From: an uncultured virus (IMG/VR IMGVR_UViG_3300020048_000016)
Taxonomy: Duplodnaviria; Heunggongvirae; Uroviricota; Caudoviricetes
Strand: one strand, 5' to 3'
Length of the DNA: 55,378 bases
IMG/VR virus record: IMGVR_UViG_3300020048_000016
Part shown: piece after piece, positions 20,149-29,636 of the stretch
Position numbering within the stretch: the first letter of the stretch is position 1
Layout: each line of letters starts with the position of its first letter
The notes under the pieces: model-generated
What the model was told of the DNA's origin: nothing
Databases searched by the model: none
What the model saw: only the letters and a program-made list of their open reading frames with translations
Program-made: the position numbers and the translations under genes

Positions 20149-20599
20149 AAATAGGGTTATTGGAGATTCCAATAGCCTTATTTGGCATTTACCTGCAGAT
20201 CTTAAACGATTTAAAGAACTGACAACAGGTAATCCAATAGTAATGGGTAGAAAGACCTACGAATCAATTGGTAGACCTCTTCCGAATAGAAGAAACATAA
20301 TTATAACCAGAGATGTTAAGTATGATGTTGAAGGTTGTGAAGTTGTTAATTCATTAGAAGAAGCTCTTATGATATGTAATAACAATTGTTTCATTATTGG
20401 TGGTGGAGAGATTTACAATCAATCTATGGAAATAGCTGATCAGATTTATCTAACTCTAGTTCACGAGGATTTTGAAGGTGATACTACATTTCCTGAGATT
20501 GGTTCTGAATGGAAGATGGTGACATCACAAGATTTTGAACCGGATGAAAATAACAAACATAAGTACTCTTTTATTGAGTATATTAAATTTGGATTTTAA
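20120..20599 (+). CDS. folA: Dihydrofolate reductase
   Basis: VIG, WHLPADLKRFK, MGRKTYESIGRPLPNRRN, IIGGGEIY, GDTTFP. Confidence 0.97.
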   Translation: MVKIIVATSKNRVIGDSNSLIWHLPADLKRFKELTTGNPIVMGRKTYESIGRPLPNRRNIIITRDVKYDVEGCEVVNSLEEALMICNNNCFIIGGGEIYNQSMEIADQIYLTLVHEDFEGDTTFPEIGSEWKMVTSQDFEPDENNKHKYSFIEYIKFGF

Positions 20600-20600
20600 T

Positions 20601-20632
20601 AAAAAAGTCACTCGATTTGAGTGGCTTTTTTT
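20601..20632. terminator. Bidirectional terminator, CACTC/GAGTG family
   Basis: AAAAAAGTCACTCGATTTGAGTGGCTTTTTT, one base different from 8884-8914. Confidence 0.8.
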
Positions 20633-20909
20633 ATACTAATCTTCTTAATTCACCAATTTTCTTACCAAATCCACTATTATCGATTTCAATAGCATAAACA
20701 AAAGGCTCTGTTTTATCAACATCTTTCATAGTCTCTTGACCAGGTGTACCCCATAATGAAAAGTAATTTTTAACATCAGATGTTGTTATATACATATAAT
20801 CACTCAACATCTCAACTACTTGTTTTTGAGAAGTAGCAAATATGTATAATTGGTTTCCCTTTAACCTACCAACCTGAACATAATATGCGAATTCTTTTAA
20901 CTTTGCCAT
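20631..20909 (-). CDS. Hypothetical protein
   Basis: ORF preceded by TATATTTG at 20922-20929 (minus). Confidence 0.6.
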   Translation of the reverse strand: MAKLKEFAYYVQVGRLKGNQLYIFATSQKQVVEMLSDYMYITTSDVKNYFSLWGTPGQETMKDVDKTEPFVYAIEIDNSGFGKKIGELRRLV

Positions 20910-20940
20910 AATTTTTTTTTACAAATATAATAAAAAATAT

Positions 20941-21327
20941 TTAAATTACATAAATAACAGGAACTTTATCCATACCAAACCAGCTAAATGCAACTATTCT
21001 ATGTCTACCTTCCATTATAAATCTACTTTCATCATTTAATTCAACAAAAATAGGCATAGGTTTACCACCAACCTCTAATAAATCAAGAATATATTCAGTT
21101 CTATCAAACTCATCTTCATACTCATCAAAAGTGCTCTCCATTTCTGATATAGTATCACTAAACATAGATATTGGTTCTTCTTTATAATAGAATTTTATCT
21201 TATTTATTGGTTTAGATAACCATTCGGAAACATCATCAACATCACTTTTTTGTGAAAGATCAATAACATTTTTTAATGAAATTTTATTAAGTTTGTCAAA
21301 ATTTTCAAATAATTTAATATATCTCAT
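20941..21327 (-). CDS. ParB/Srx-like domain protein with N-terminal leader
   Basis: MRYIKLFENF; PIFV..IMEGRHRIVA..G..KVPV. Confidence 0.7.
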   Translation of the reverse strand: MRYIKLFENFDKLNKISLKNVIDLSQKSDVDDVSEWLSKPINKIKFYYKEEPISMFSDTISEMESTFDEYEDEFDRTEYILDLLEVGGKPMPIFVELNDESRFIMEGRHRIVAFSWFGMDKVPVIYVI

Positions 21328-21794
21328 AGTTCTGATAACCATTTTTTATTAGTCCAAACAAATGGATCTCCTTCAAACTCATCAACACCAAATCCCCATT
21401 TATCTTCTAATATATTAACAAGTTTTTTATTAACAACTGTTGCTGATAATTGGTCCGTTTGTTCATCTTTTTTAAATCTATCAATAAGATCACCCATAAG
21501 ATATTTCAAATATCCTTTATTTCTATAACCCTTTTTAATAATAACATCAAATCTATATTCCCAAGGTAGATAATCAGGATCAAGTAAAATAGAACCAATT
21601 AACTTATTATTCAAATATAATCCATTAAGTGGAAATCCATTAGAATTGAAAGTAGTTATCATATCATGCACTTCATCTAAATGAGCATAAGAAGATAAAT
21701 CTTTACCTTCTACAGGTTCATTAAGAAGTCTAACCTCTAATACAGGCTCTACTTTTGCTTCATTAAACTTATTATAATTCAGTATCTTCTTCAT
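21324..21794 (-). CDS. GNAT acetyltransferase-like protein with N-terminal leader
   Basis: MKKILNYNKFNEA; YRNKGY motif A; N...KWGF. Confidence 0.65.
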   Translation of the reverse strand: MKKILNYNKFNEAKVEPVLEVRLLNEPVEGKDLSSYAHLDEVHDMITTFNSNGFPLNGLYLNNKLIGSILLDPDYLPWEYRFDVIIKKGYRNKGYLKYLMGDLIDRFKKDEQTDQLSATVVNKKLVNILEDKWGFGVDEFEGDPFVWTNKKWLSEL

Positions 21795-22446
21795 CTGTTA
21801 CGTATTGATAAACATATTTTTTAAACCTTTTTAATATATCCGGTTTCATTTTACTATAGATATTTTCAATCCAAGATACTGGTTTCTTACCACCTCTCAA
21901 ATGTTCAATTATATCTTCATTTGACATTCTTTTTTGATGACACTGATCAACAAAAGATTGTGCATAAGCCATTATCTCATCAGTTGAACCGAAATACTTA
22001 TCTGGAACTTTTGGAGAGTTCTCTAAGTTTCTAATTTTTATATGTGGTCTTCTTTGAGCTTGTTGTTGATGAATAGATTCATGTCTTAAAACTTCTCTAA
22101 GGAAAGCGAATAATTTTTCTTTACCAAGATTATCATTAACCGCATTTAGGAATTGATCCCATATAACACAAACATACATTTTATCTGTGTGTACATTATG
22201 AGCAGCAAATCTAATACCACCAAGCATAGGTGGCATATTTTCAGGAACTAATTCAATTTCTTTTTTAGTCTGTAGTTTAGATTTGAAATAATCAACATCT
22301 ACAAATTCTACATTCATAGGTGCTAGAACTCTTTCTAGTTCTTCTTTTGTTATTTCTGGAATAGATTTAAGTTCTTCTATTGCGGGATCGAAGTCATATG
22401 GTTTTATAACTGCTTCATATAATTTAAAAGATCTAATATGTTTCAT
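21772..22446 (-). CDS. HExxH metallopeptidase-like protein with N-terminal leader
   Basis: MKHIRSFKLYEA; LRHESIHQQQ, Y..DEIMAYA. Confidence 0.6.
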   Translation of the reverse strand: MKHIRSFKLYEAVIKPYDFDPAIEELKSIPEITKEELERVLAPMNVEFVDVDYFKSKLQTKKEIELVPENMPPMLGGIRFAAHNVHTDKMYVCVIWDQFLNAVNDNLGKEKLFAFLREVLRHESIHQQQAQRRPHIKIRNLENSPKVPDKYFGSTDEIMAYAQSFVDQCHQKRMSNEDIIEHLRGGKKPVSWIENIYSKMKPDILKRFKKYVYQYVTDEEDTEL

Positions 22447-22527
22447 AGAGTATATATAAAAAAAGAAACCCAAGAAAATTTTCTTGGGTCAGTCTAAGAA
22501 TACTATTCTTAGAGGGGGAAGTTCTTA

Positions 22528-23169
22528 TTATTTTGAAAGAAGTTTGATTAAATCTTCTGTTATAATTGCAATCATTTTTCTACCTTCAACTGTAACAAGA
22601 GGAATGTTTTTAACCATAGAATAAACATCAGTACCATCTACTTTAATTCCTTCAATAAGTTTACAAACTTTAACATCTTTTGAATACTTAGCTAAGTAAT
22701 AAGTTTTAAGTTCGTTAACGAATTTATTCAAATCAACACCTTCTTTATTATTATATTTAACCATTTGAAGTTCATTATCTTGTTTCTCAACCATAATGTA
22801 CCATATAGATTTTTTAGAAACCTTAACATTTTCTAAAAAGTTATACGCTTTTGATGCCTTTACATTTTTTGGGAATTTAGCAACTTTACCAAAAGTTTCA
22901 ACTTTTTCGTTTTTCTCATCATCAGAAAGAAATTCATTCTCTTCACCAGAAGGTAAATCGATATCTTGCTCTTCTGGCTGAAGACCTTTTCTAGATATTG
23001 ACTTCTCAATACTTTTTCTATCTGCGGTTTCTGGTAAATTTGGATTCGCAGGTAAGTCAGAGTCAACCTCTGGTCTACCATTTAATTCAACTTCCTCTAT
23101 CTCTGGTTTTTTAGTCTCTTTGATATCTGAAAATTTTTTAAATCCTGCTATTTTTCTTGATTCTCCCAT
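22528..23169 (-). CDS. Hypothetical protein
   Basis: 213-aa ORF, weak leader (KIAGFKKFSD); TAATATATA upstream. Confidence 0.65.
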   Translation of the reverse strand: MGESRKIAGFKKFSDIKETKKPEIEEVELNGRPEVDSDLPANPNLPETADRKSIEKSISRKGLQPEEQDIDLPSGEENEFLSDDEKNEKVETFGKVAKFPKNVKASKAYNFLENVKVSKKSIWYIMVEKQDNELQMVKYNNKEGVDLNKFVNELKTYYLAKYSKDVKVCKLIEGIKVDGTDVYSMVKNIPLVTVEGRKMIAIITEDLIKLLSK

Positions 23170-23235
23170 GTATATTAAATTTTTATTATATATGTTATAT
23201 ATTAAATAAATTATTTGTTTTTTTGATTTTCCCTT

Positions 23236-23490
23236 TTATTTACTATGTTTATAGTAATATTTGTCTACCATATAGTTTTGAAAGTTCTTCATAACATTCA
23301 TTTGATCGAAAAATATCGAAACCAGTGGTTGTAATTTATTAAGAAATGAATTCATTAAATCATTTCTATATAAATAAGGTGATAACTTATTAGACAATAT
23401 ATTCTTTTGATAGTCTACATAATCTTTATTATCATCGTGTCTATGCTTCATATAATGAAGTTCCGACAAATCTTTATCTTCGTATAACAT
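23236..23490 (-). CDS. Small protein coupled to the baseplate gene
   Basis: Start overlaps the stop of the baseplate wedge gene. Confidence 0.55.
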   Translation of the reverse strand: MLYEDKDLSELHYMKHRHDDNKDYVDYQKNILSNKLSPYLYRNDLMNSFLNKLQPLVSIFFDQMNVMKNFQNYMVDKYYYKHSK

Positions 23491-25196
23491 TAGATACCTG
23501 TTTTATTTTTTACATCAACAATACCTTTCTTAATGATGTTGACTGCTTTTAATCCGTTTGAATCTATATCATCACTATAATAAATTGAATTTCTATCAGA
23601 CCAACCACCTCTTATTAAAGGAAGTTCATTTGATTCAAATAATATATCACCAAGAGTAGCATCCAATCCTAAAACAGTAGTTGGTGTATAGTTAACTGGT
23701 GTATTTACCATATTAGTTGTTGCATACATATTTACTTGATTCTGTAAATTTTGTATGTTATCTTTATGATAATCTTCATTCTTTTTAGAAACAAATTGAA
23801 TATCAACTGAGTGAATATCAGCAATTGCAGAAAGAACTTTTATAATATCTAGTTTAGGAATTCTATCAACTCTTGTTAAATTTAAGAAGTATGTTGATAT
23901 TGCATCTAATATTTGTGAGTTAACCGACTCATCTGTTGCATCAGAATAAGGTATAACAAATACATTTATAGCATAATATGACAATATAGGATTAACTATT
24001 TTATACTTTTTAGTTAATTGTATAGTACCACCACTTCTTAAATATTTATCGACCTTAGATTTCTCATAGTTATCCATAACAAATGCACCCTGATCTATTG
24101 TAAAATAGTTAGAACTTTGATTTTTAAATAAATTAACATTTGGTGTAACAGAGATAAAAATAGTTCCTGAACTCTCATATGCATTAACGTGTGAGAATAC
24201 ACCTAATTTCTTGATCTCATATGCATAATGTTGAGGTAAGGCCAATACCGCATTATTCGTAACAATAGGTAATATAGCTTTTGTGAATTGAAGATCTTCT
24301 TTATCTGCTCCAAAATTAATATCGGTATAAATACCAATATCAAAAACTTTTGTAATATCTAATGTTTGACCATTACCATCTAGAACATCATCAACAAAAG
24401 TCCAATCATTTTGAGTTCTTCTAAATATGTTTCCATTAGAACCATCACTAACAAGATAAGATACTCGAATTATAGAACCAATTGGTGGTATCATACCAAA
24501 CGCACCATTACCAAAAATAATATCTAATGATCCATTAAAACCAGTTCTAACAACAACTGCCTTTTCATCCGGTATCATATCCCACATATGTCTTTTGATA
24601 GTCCACATTTCACCGTTAACTGTAATTTCTACATTAAAGTTTTCTATATCTTTTCTACCAATTTCAGACAATTGAAAAGTTTGCAAACCTGCACCAGCAC
24701 CTGTGAATATTTTTGTTTTCCACTCACCTTGAATTATAGATATAAAGAATTGATAATTTTGTGTTATTTTATGCGTAACTCTATCATTACCAAGACTTAA
24801 TGAATAATTTAAACTATTTGTTTTATTTTTAATAGTTATTTTATTCGCAAAACTTATTCTTGATCCAGGTATTTCCTTTTCAAGATCTACACTTGGCTTA
24901 AGTGTGAATTTAAGAGTACCACTTGCACTAATAGATCTACCAGGTATATGACCTGCAAATATTGCAGCATTTCTAATAATTCTTTCATTTTGAGAGTTAG
25001 GTAAACTTATATCAAACTGGTTTATAGCATTTTTTAAATATAAAAAAGAAAGTTGTTGTAAATTTTCTATAATAGATAAAATTTGACCATATGGTGACGC
25101 ATCACTATATAGAATACCTGCTTTATTGTATTCAGTAGTAAGAAAACTTTCAATCTCCTTTTTAATGGAACTAAACCTTATTGCTGTGAAATTCAT
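23490..25196 (-). CDS. Baseplate wedge subunit (T4 gp6-like)
   Basis: FSSIKKEIESFL start, RSISASG, IIQGE, IIFGNGAFGMIP, VSYLVSDGSNGN, GADKE motifs. Confidence 0.8.
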   Translation of the reverse strand: MNFTAIRFSSIKKEIESFLTTEYNKAGILYSDASPYGQILSIIENLQQLSFLYLKNAINQFDISLPNSQNERIIRNAAIFAGHIPGRSISASGTLKFTLKPSVDLEKEIPGSRISFANKITIKNKTNSLNYSLSLGNDRVTHKITQNYQFFISIIQGEWKTKIFTGAGAGLQTFQLSEIGRKDIENFNVEITVNGEMWTIKRHMWDMIPDEKAVVVRTGFNGSLDIIFGNGAFGMIPPIGSIIRVSYLVSDGSNGNIFRRTQNDWTFVDDVLDGNGQTLDITKVFDIGIYTDINFGADKEDLQFTKAILPIVTNNAVLALPQHYAYEIKKLGVFSHVNAYESSGTIFISVTPNVNLFKNQSSNYFTIDQGAFVMDNYEKSKVDKYLRSGGTIQLTKKYKIVNPILSYYAINVFVIPYSDATDESVNSQILDAISTYFLNLTRVDRIPKLDIIKVLSAIADIHSVDIQFVSKKNEDYHKDNIQNLQNQVNMYATTNMVNTPVNYTPTTVLGLDATLGDILFESNELPLIRGGWSDRNSIYYSDDIDSNGLKAVNIIKKGIVDVKNKTGI

Positions 25197-25202
25197 ATTT
25201 TA

Positions 25203-25532
25203 TTATTTATTATTTATACTTGAAATGTATTCTTCATCAAATCTATTTTTTGTAATAACATCTTTAACATCAGTTGTTATATCTGCAATACTAGATGTTC
25301 TTTCTACTAATAAAGAATCATCCTTCAATGGATTCGAATAGTATGACCAATTTAAGTTACCAGTTTCAACAGATTTTTTAGTTAAAATCAATTTAACTTC
25401 TTTTCCCTCATTAATTGCAGAAATTAAAAAGTAATTTCCAAATTTTTTATCAGATTTCTCATCAATTCTAACTTCTTCAAAATTAGACAATAAGTCACTA
25501 TGTATCTTGTTAATATTGTATTTTAATTCCAT
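25203..25532 (-). CDS. Hypothetical protein upstream of the baseplate gene
   Basis: ORF with TAATATATA at 25552-25560 (minus). Confidence 0.65.
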   Translation of the reverse strand: MELKYNINKIHSDLLSNFEEVRIDEKSDKKFGNYFLISAINEGKEVKLILTKKSVETGNLNWSYYSNPLKDDSLLVERTSSIADITTDVKDVITKNRFDEEYISSINNK

Positions 25533-25626
25533 TTTTTATTATATTTTTCTTTATATATTAAATTATCTCACTACTATATTTTTTTTAAATTTTATATATT
25601 AATATATAAAGAAAAATACTAATAAT

Positions 25627-26370
25627 ATGAGTGAAATAAAATATGCAATTGAGATATTTAAAGAGTATGGATATATGGGTTTGTTAATCGCTATTTTAAT
25701 TGCTATTTTAATTGGTGCATTAAAAGGAGGTGCATTAAAAAGATTATGGTCATATATTAGTGATAAATTTGTTATGACATTTATGAAATCTAAAATAAAA
25801 GATCATAAATCAGTAGAGATATCAATAACAGAGTCGGATGTTATAAACCACGATGTATTTAATTACATAAGTCTTTGGAGATATTCAAAAGTACCGGCTC
25901 TACAATTTTCAACAGAATATAGAACCGTTGTATTTAGAAAATACATTACAATATTTCTTAAAAATTATAGAAGCAATCTAAGTGATTTTATAAACAACAA
26001 TGAATATAAAAATATGAATAGTGCTCAGTTATGGACTGAATTTCTAGGTCTTATGAATAAAACGGTTTATGATTATGAAAAAGAAATGGAAGAAGCAGGT
26101 ATTCCAAAAGTTATTATTGAGAAAATGAAATCAAAAAATAATGACACAATAACACTTATCATCGACTTAATAGAAGGCATTTGCAATTCTCAATTTTATG
26201 ATTCAGAAAATAACTATTTAAAGATTTATTCAATATTAAATATAATACTTTCTGTATTAGAAAACACTATTGCAAATTCGGAAGCAACTTGTAATTCAAT
26301 AAATGGACAATTAGCAGGTTTATCATTTAACGATGGTGGTAGAATTGTAACAGAACCAAAGAAACACTAA
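25627..26370 (+). CDS. Protein with a single N-terminal TM helix
   Basis: YGYMGLLIAILIAILIGAL; TAATATATA at 25600-25608. Confidence 0.65.
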   Translation: MSEIKYAIEIFKEYGYMGLLIAILIAILIGALKGGALKRLWSYISDKFVMTFMKSKIKDHKSVEISITESDVINHDVFNYISLWRYSKVPALQFSTEYRTVVFRKYITIFLKNYRSNLSDFINNNEYKNMNSAQLWTEFLGLMNKTVYDYEKEMEEAGIPKVIIEKMKSKNNDTITLIIDLIEGICNSQFYDSENNYLKIYSILNIILSVLENTIANSEATCNSINGQLAGLSFNDGGRIVTEPKKH

Positions 26371-26615
26371 TGAAGTATCTAGAAACATATAAAATATTCG
26401 AATCTAAATCTAAGATTAAATTCGTTAAGCAGCAGAATAAAAAAGATGCTAAGACTGAAATATATAATGTCGTTAAAGGTAGTTCTGTGATTGGTCAAAT
26501 AAAATGGTCCTCTAGAAATAGAGGTTATGCTTTTCTACCTGAGAAAGATCATGATAATGAGATAAAAGAATTCATTAAAGATTTAATGAAGAAAAGAAAA
26601 GAACTAAAACATTAA
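26370..26615 (+). CDS. Small basic protein with N-terminal leader
   Basis: MKYLETYKIFES. Confidence 0.65.
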   Translation: MKYLETYKIFESKSKIKFVKQQNKKDAKTEIYNVVKGSSVIGQIKWSSRNRGYAFLPEKDHDNEIKEFIKDLMKKRKELKH

Positions 26616-27164
26616 ATCGTATATATCATCCGCATTAAATTCAGGATCACCTATTCTTAAATCATAATCACCAGTTTTATCAAATTCAGAAAAGTCAATA
26701 TCATCAGCATCCATTCTTCTTTTTACAGAATCATTTTGATCTGCTCTTTTTATAACTCTACCTTCTCTAACACTTCGCTCTATATCGATATAAACAACAA
26801 ATAACTTTTTTCTTAATTCATCATCAAGCTTTATAGAATAAAATTCAGCAGGTGTCATTATGAATACTTGTGCTCTTTCGAACTCTTCTTTTGTTATACC
26901 ATAATACCAAGTTTCTGGATCTTTATTTAACGGTGTTACGTTGAATGTCTGATAGCATAAGAACTCATCATTCTCAATCCTTTCTTTGAAAGTCCAATCT
27001 GCCACGAATTCGTAGGTTACCCATTGAATTTCGTGTTTTCTTTGAGGACGTGTGGTCGTTTTTATGCAACCAAGCATATCCTTCTCAACAAGTTTTCTCA
27101 TTAAGTAATCTTTTCCAGATCCGGATTTTCCCAACAAAACCACTTTTTCAGTTTTTTTAGACAT
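26604..27164 (-). CDS. gmk: Guanylate kinase-like protein
   Basis: GKSGSGKD, TTTRPQRKHE, YEFV, WYYG, RRMDADDIDF. Confidence 0.8.
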   Translation of the reverse strand: MSKKTEKVVLLGKSGSGKDYLMRKLVEKDMLGCIKTTTRPQRKHEIQWVTYEFVADWTFKERIENDEFLCYQTFNVTPLNKDPETWYYGITKEEFERAQVFIMTPAEFYSIKLDDELRKKLFVVYIDIERSVREGRVIKRADQNDSVKRRMDADDIDFSEFDKTGDYDLRIGDPEFNADDIYDLMF

Positions 27165-27196
27165 AGATTCTTTTTCTAATTATAGAATAGGAAGTA

Positions 27197-27778
27197 TTAG
27201 AAGTTTATTGTTGCGCCAATATAATTAGATCCACTCATTCTAGTGAAATTAAATCTAACCTCATGTTTATGTATATCAACTGCTTTACTATAATTGATAT
27301 CTAATATTGGAATAAGTTTTACTTCCGCAGATACTGCTTGAACCATATAATAGTTTATTTTAAATGGTAGACCCGGTTTAGAAAGTAAATCTAAATCAGA
27401 TAAAGAAAGTTTTGGTAGTTTATTTGATATTAAATTTGAATTGAATTGTGTTAAACTTCTTTCTAAAAAAGAAAGTGTCTCTGCATTATTGTTATTAAAA
27501 TCAATAGGATCTTTACTTTCTATCTTCTCATCAATCACTAATTGAGGATTTTCTGTTGAGATTGTATCAACAAGTGATTCTAATGATTTATTTATATCTT
27601 TATTAACAACCGATGTATCACTAACTTCAACAGGAACTACTGGTTCATTACCAACAGGTGTGTTAGCATTTACCGGGTTCGAAACAGAAGACGCAGCGAT
27701 TGCACCACCTATTAAAGCATTTTTTAAAAAACCCTTTTCTTCATTTAAGAAGTCATTATATCCCTTAATATTTCTCAT
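27197..27778 (-). CDS. Hypothetical protein with N-terminal leader and hydrophobic segment
   Basis: MRNIKGYNDFLNEE then KNALIGGAIAASSV. Confidence 0.65.
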   Translation of the reverse strand: MRNIKGYNDFLNEEKGFLKNALIGGAIAASSVSNPVNANTPVGNEPVVPVEVSDTSVVNKDINKSLESLVDTISTENPQLVIDEKIESKDPIDFNNNNAETLSFLERSLTQFNSNLISNKLPKLSLSDLDLLSKPGLPFKINYYMVQAVSAEVKLIPILDINYSKAVDIHKHEVRFNFTRMSGSNYIGATINF

Positions 27779-28230
27779 TTTTTAATTGTTGTTATATTTG
27801 TTTTCTTTTCAAAGTCATTGAAGTTCATAACTTTTGGTTGTTTTACTTCACCTTCACCTGCAGTAAAATCTTGATCTTTATTAAACAATATGCTTTTAAG
27901 TGCTGCTTTTGCAACCCCTGATCTTGATTTTCTTTCACCAACTGAACCATGTGATCTCGTCTTTCTTTCACCAGTAGGTTCTTTTTGGTAAACATTTTTT
28001 TTACCGGTTCCCATATTAAGAGGGTTACTTATATAACCTCCTACTTTACCACCATTATTAGTATATGCTGGATCAACCGTTTGTCCAGATAAAGAAGAAG
28101 GTTGTGCGTTACTATCCATTGAAACCGGCATTGAACTAACACTACCACCAGATACAGAACCTGCTGGACCACCAGTTGCTGATGTATCTTCATTAATTGA
28201 ATAATCTTCGAATTTTTTTAAATGTTCCAT
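27775..28230 (-). CDS. Gly/Ser-rich protein with N-terminal leader
   Basis: MEHLKKFEDYSINED; leader-like KVMNFNDF near the C-terminus. Confidence 0.65.
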   Translation of the reverse strand: MEHLKKFEDYSINEDTSATGGPAGSVSGGSVSSMPVSMDSNAQPSSLSGQTVDPAYTNNGGKVGGYISNPLNMGTGKKNVYQKEPTGERKTRSHGSVGERKSRSGVAKAALKSILFNKDQDFTAGEGEVKQPKVMNFNDFEKKTNITTIKK

Positions 28231-28299
28231 AAAGTATATATTTATTTTCTAATATGTAAATTTTATGAACAAGAGAATAATCCAATTATATATAAGTTG

Positions 28300-28911
28300 A
28301 TGAGCAAACTAAAGCAATTAGAAGTTAAAAGATTGATAAAAGAATTAGACTTTTTAGGTTCAGATTTTGAGTATAAAAATGAATTAGTTTTTGAAGCAGA
28401 TAATAGTTTTATTAAAAATGTAAATGATTTTCTAGATGATAATCCAGAAGTTAAAAAAATATTCGATCGTAAGATAAATGATAGATTGGATAAAATAATT
28501 ATGAATAAAGTTGAAAAGGAGAATATAATCGATGAAGACAATTTAATAATCGATGAAGTAGAAGAGATCTCTATCAAAAAGGATAATAAAATTAAAAAGA
28601 TATACAGAGAAATCGCTAAGATGACTCACCCAGATAAAATAGATAATAAAAAACTAAATGATATTTATATCAAAGCAAGTAATCACTATGATAATAATGA
28701 TGTAATTCAAATATATTCTATATGTGATGAACTAGGAATTGAATATGATATAAATGAAGATGATACCGAACTAATAATAAACAACATTAATAATATTAAA
28801 CAAAAGATACAATTTATAGAATCAACAACAACTTGGAAGTGGTACTATACAGAAGATGAAGGTTTAAAAAATGAAATAATTTTAAACTATATAAGATCAC
28901 AAATTAAATAA
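28300..28911 (+). CDS. J-domain-like protein
   Basis: IKKIYREIAKMTHPDK (HPD motif); likely start 28300. Confidence 0.65.
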   Translation: MSKLKQLEVKRLIKELDFLGSDFEYKNELVFEADNSFIKNVNDFLDDNPEVKKIFDRKINDRLDKIIMNKVEKENIIDEDNLIIDEVEEISIKKDNKIKKIYREIAKMTHPDKIDNKKLNDIYIKASNHYDNNDVIQIYSICDELGIEYDINEDDTELIINNINNIKQKIQFIESTTTWKWYYTEDEGLKNEIILNYIRSQIK

Positions 28912-29587
28912 TAGTGAGTTTAACACTTTTATCATCTGAATTATTTTTAATAGAGTCAATCAATTCTTCTAATTCTTCGTTTCTCAATATTTTTTTATAT
29001 TTATCTGTTTCTTTTTCGGAATTCTTTAATATCCAATCATTGCCATTACTAGTTGAATAGATATAGTCAACTTCATCATCACTAATTTTAATTGTTTTAG
29101 AAGACAATTTAGTGTAGAAATCATTAACATTACCACCAATTTTATATAATTTAACAGGTGTCCATTCATTAGAAGATTTGTGTAAAACTTGAAATAGTAT
29201 ATAAATAGGATTTTGTAAATCATGTGCATTTTGTTCGTAAATAAACATAAACTTACAAGGTTTGTTTATAAATGTTGATAAGTCATTACTATTTTGAACT
29301 TCTGATATTCTAAATCCTTTTTTTGATAAAGAATTTATAAATTTAGTGTATGGTTGATTTCTATCACCATCACCACAAAGATAATCTAGATCCAATTTGC
29401 TATTATCTTTATAATCATTTTTATTCATACCAAGTTCAGAAAATAGATCCGTCTCTTCAGCAGAGATTGATTTAAGTAAAACATCATGCCAATCTATATT
29501 CAAAGATTCACTCAAATCAATAGACTGGAACTTAATATCAATAACTATTGACTCTTGATATTTTGAATAAGATTTCAACCAACGCAT
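28904..29587 (-). CDS. Hypothetical protein with N-terminal leader
   Basis: MRWLKSYSKYQES. Confidence 0.65.
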   Translation of the reverse strand: MRWLKSYSKYQESIVIDIKFQSIDLSESLNIDWHDVLLKSISAEETDLFSELGMNKNDYKDNSKLDLDYLCGDGDRNQPYTKFINSLSKKGFRISEVQNSNDLSTFINKPCKFMFIYEQNAHDLQNPIYILFQVLHKSSNEWTPVKLYKIGGNVNDFYTKLSSKTIKISDDEVDYIYSTSNGNDWILKNSEKETDKYKKILRNEELEELIDSIKNNSDDKSVKLTII

Positions 29588-29602
29588 AAATGAATAATAA
29601 AT

Positions 29603-29620
29603 TTTAATATATATATTAAA
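29603..29620. promoter_or_regulatory. Palindromic, bidirectional TAATATATA motif (putative late promoter)
   Basis: TTTAATATATATATTAAA, a perfect palindrome between two divergent leader-bearing genes. Confidence 0.55.
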
Positions 29621-29636
29621 ATAATAATTTCAATTA

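Noticed and set aside
25627..26370. Holin
   Set aside because: A single TM helix only, with no endolysin or spanin nearby.
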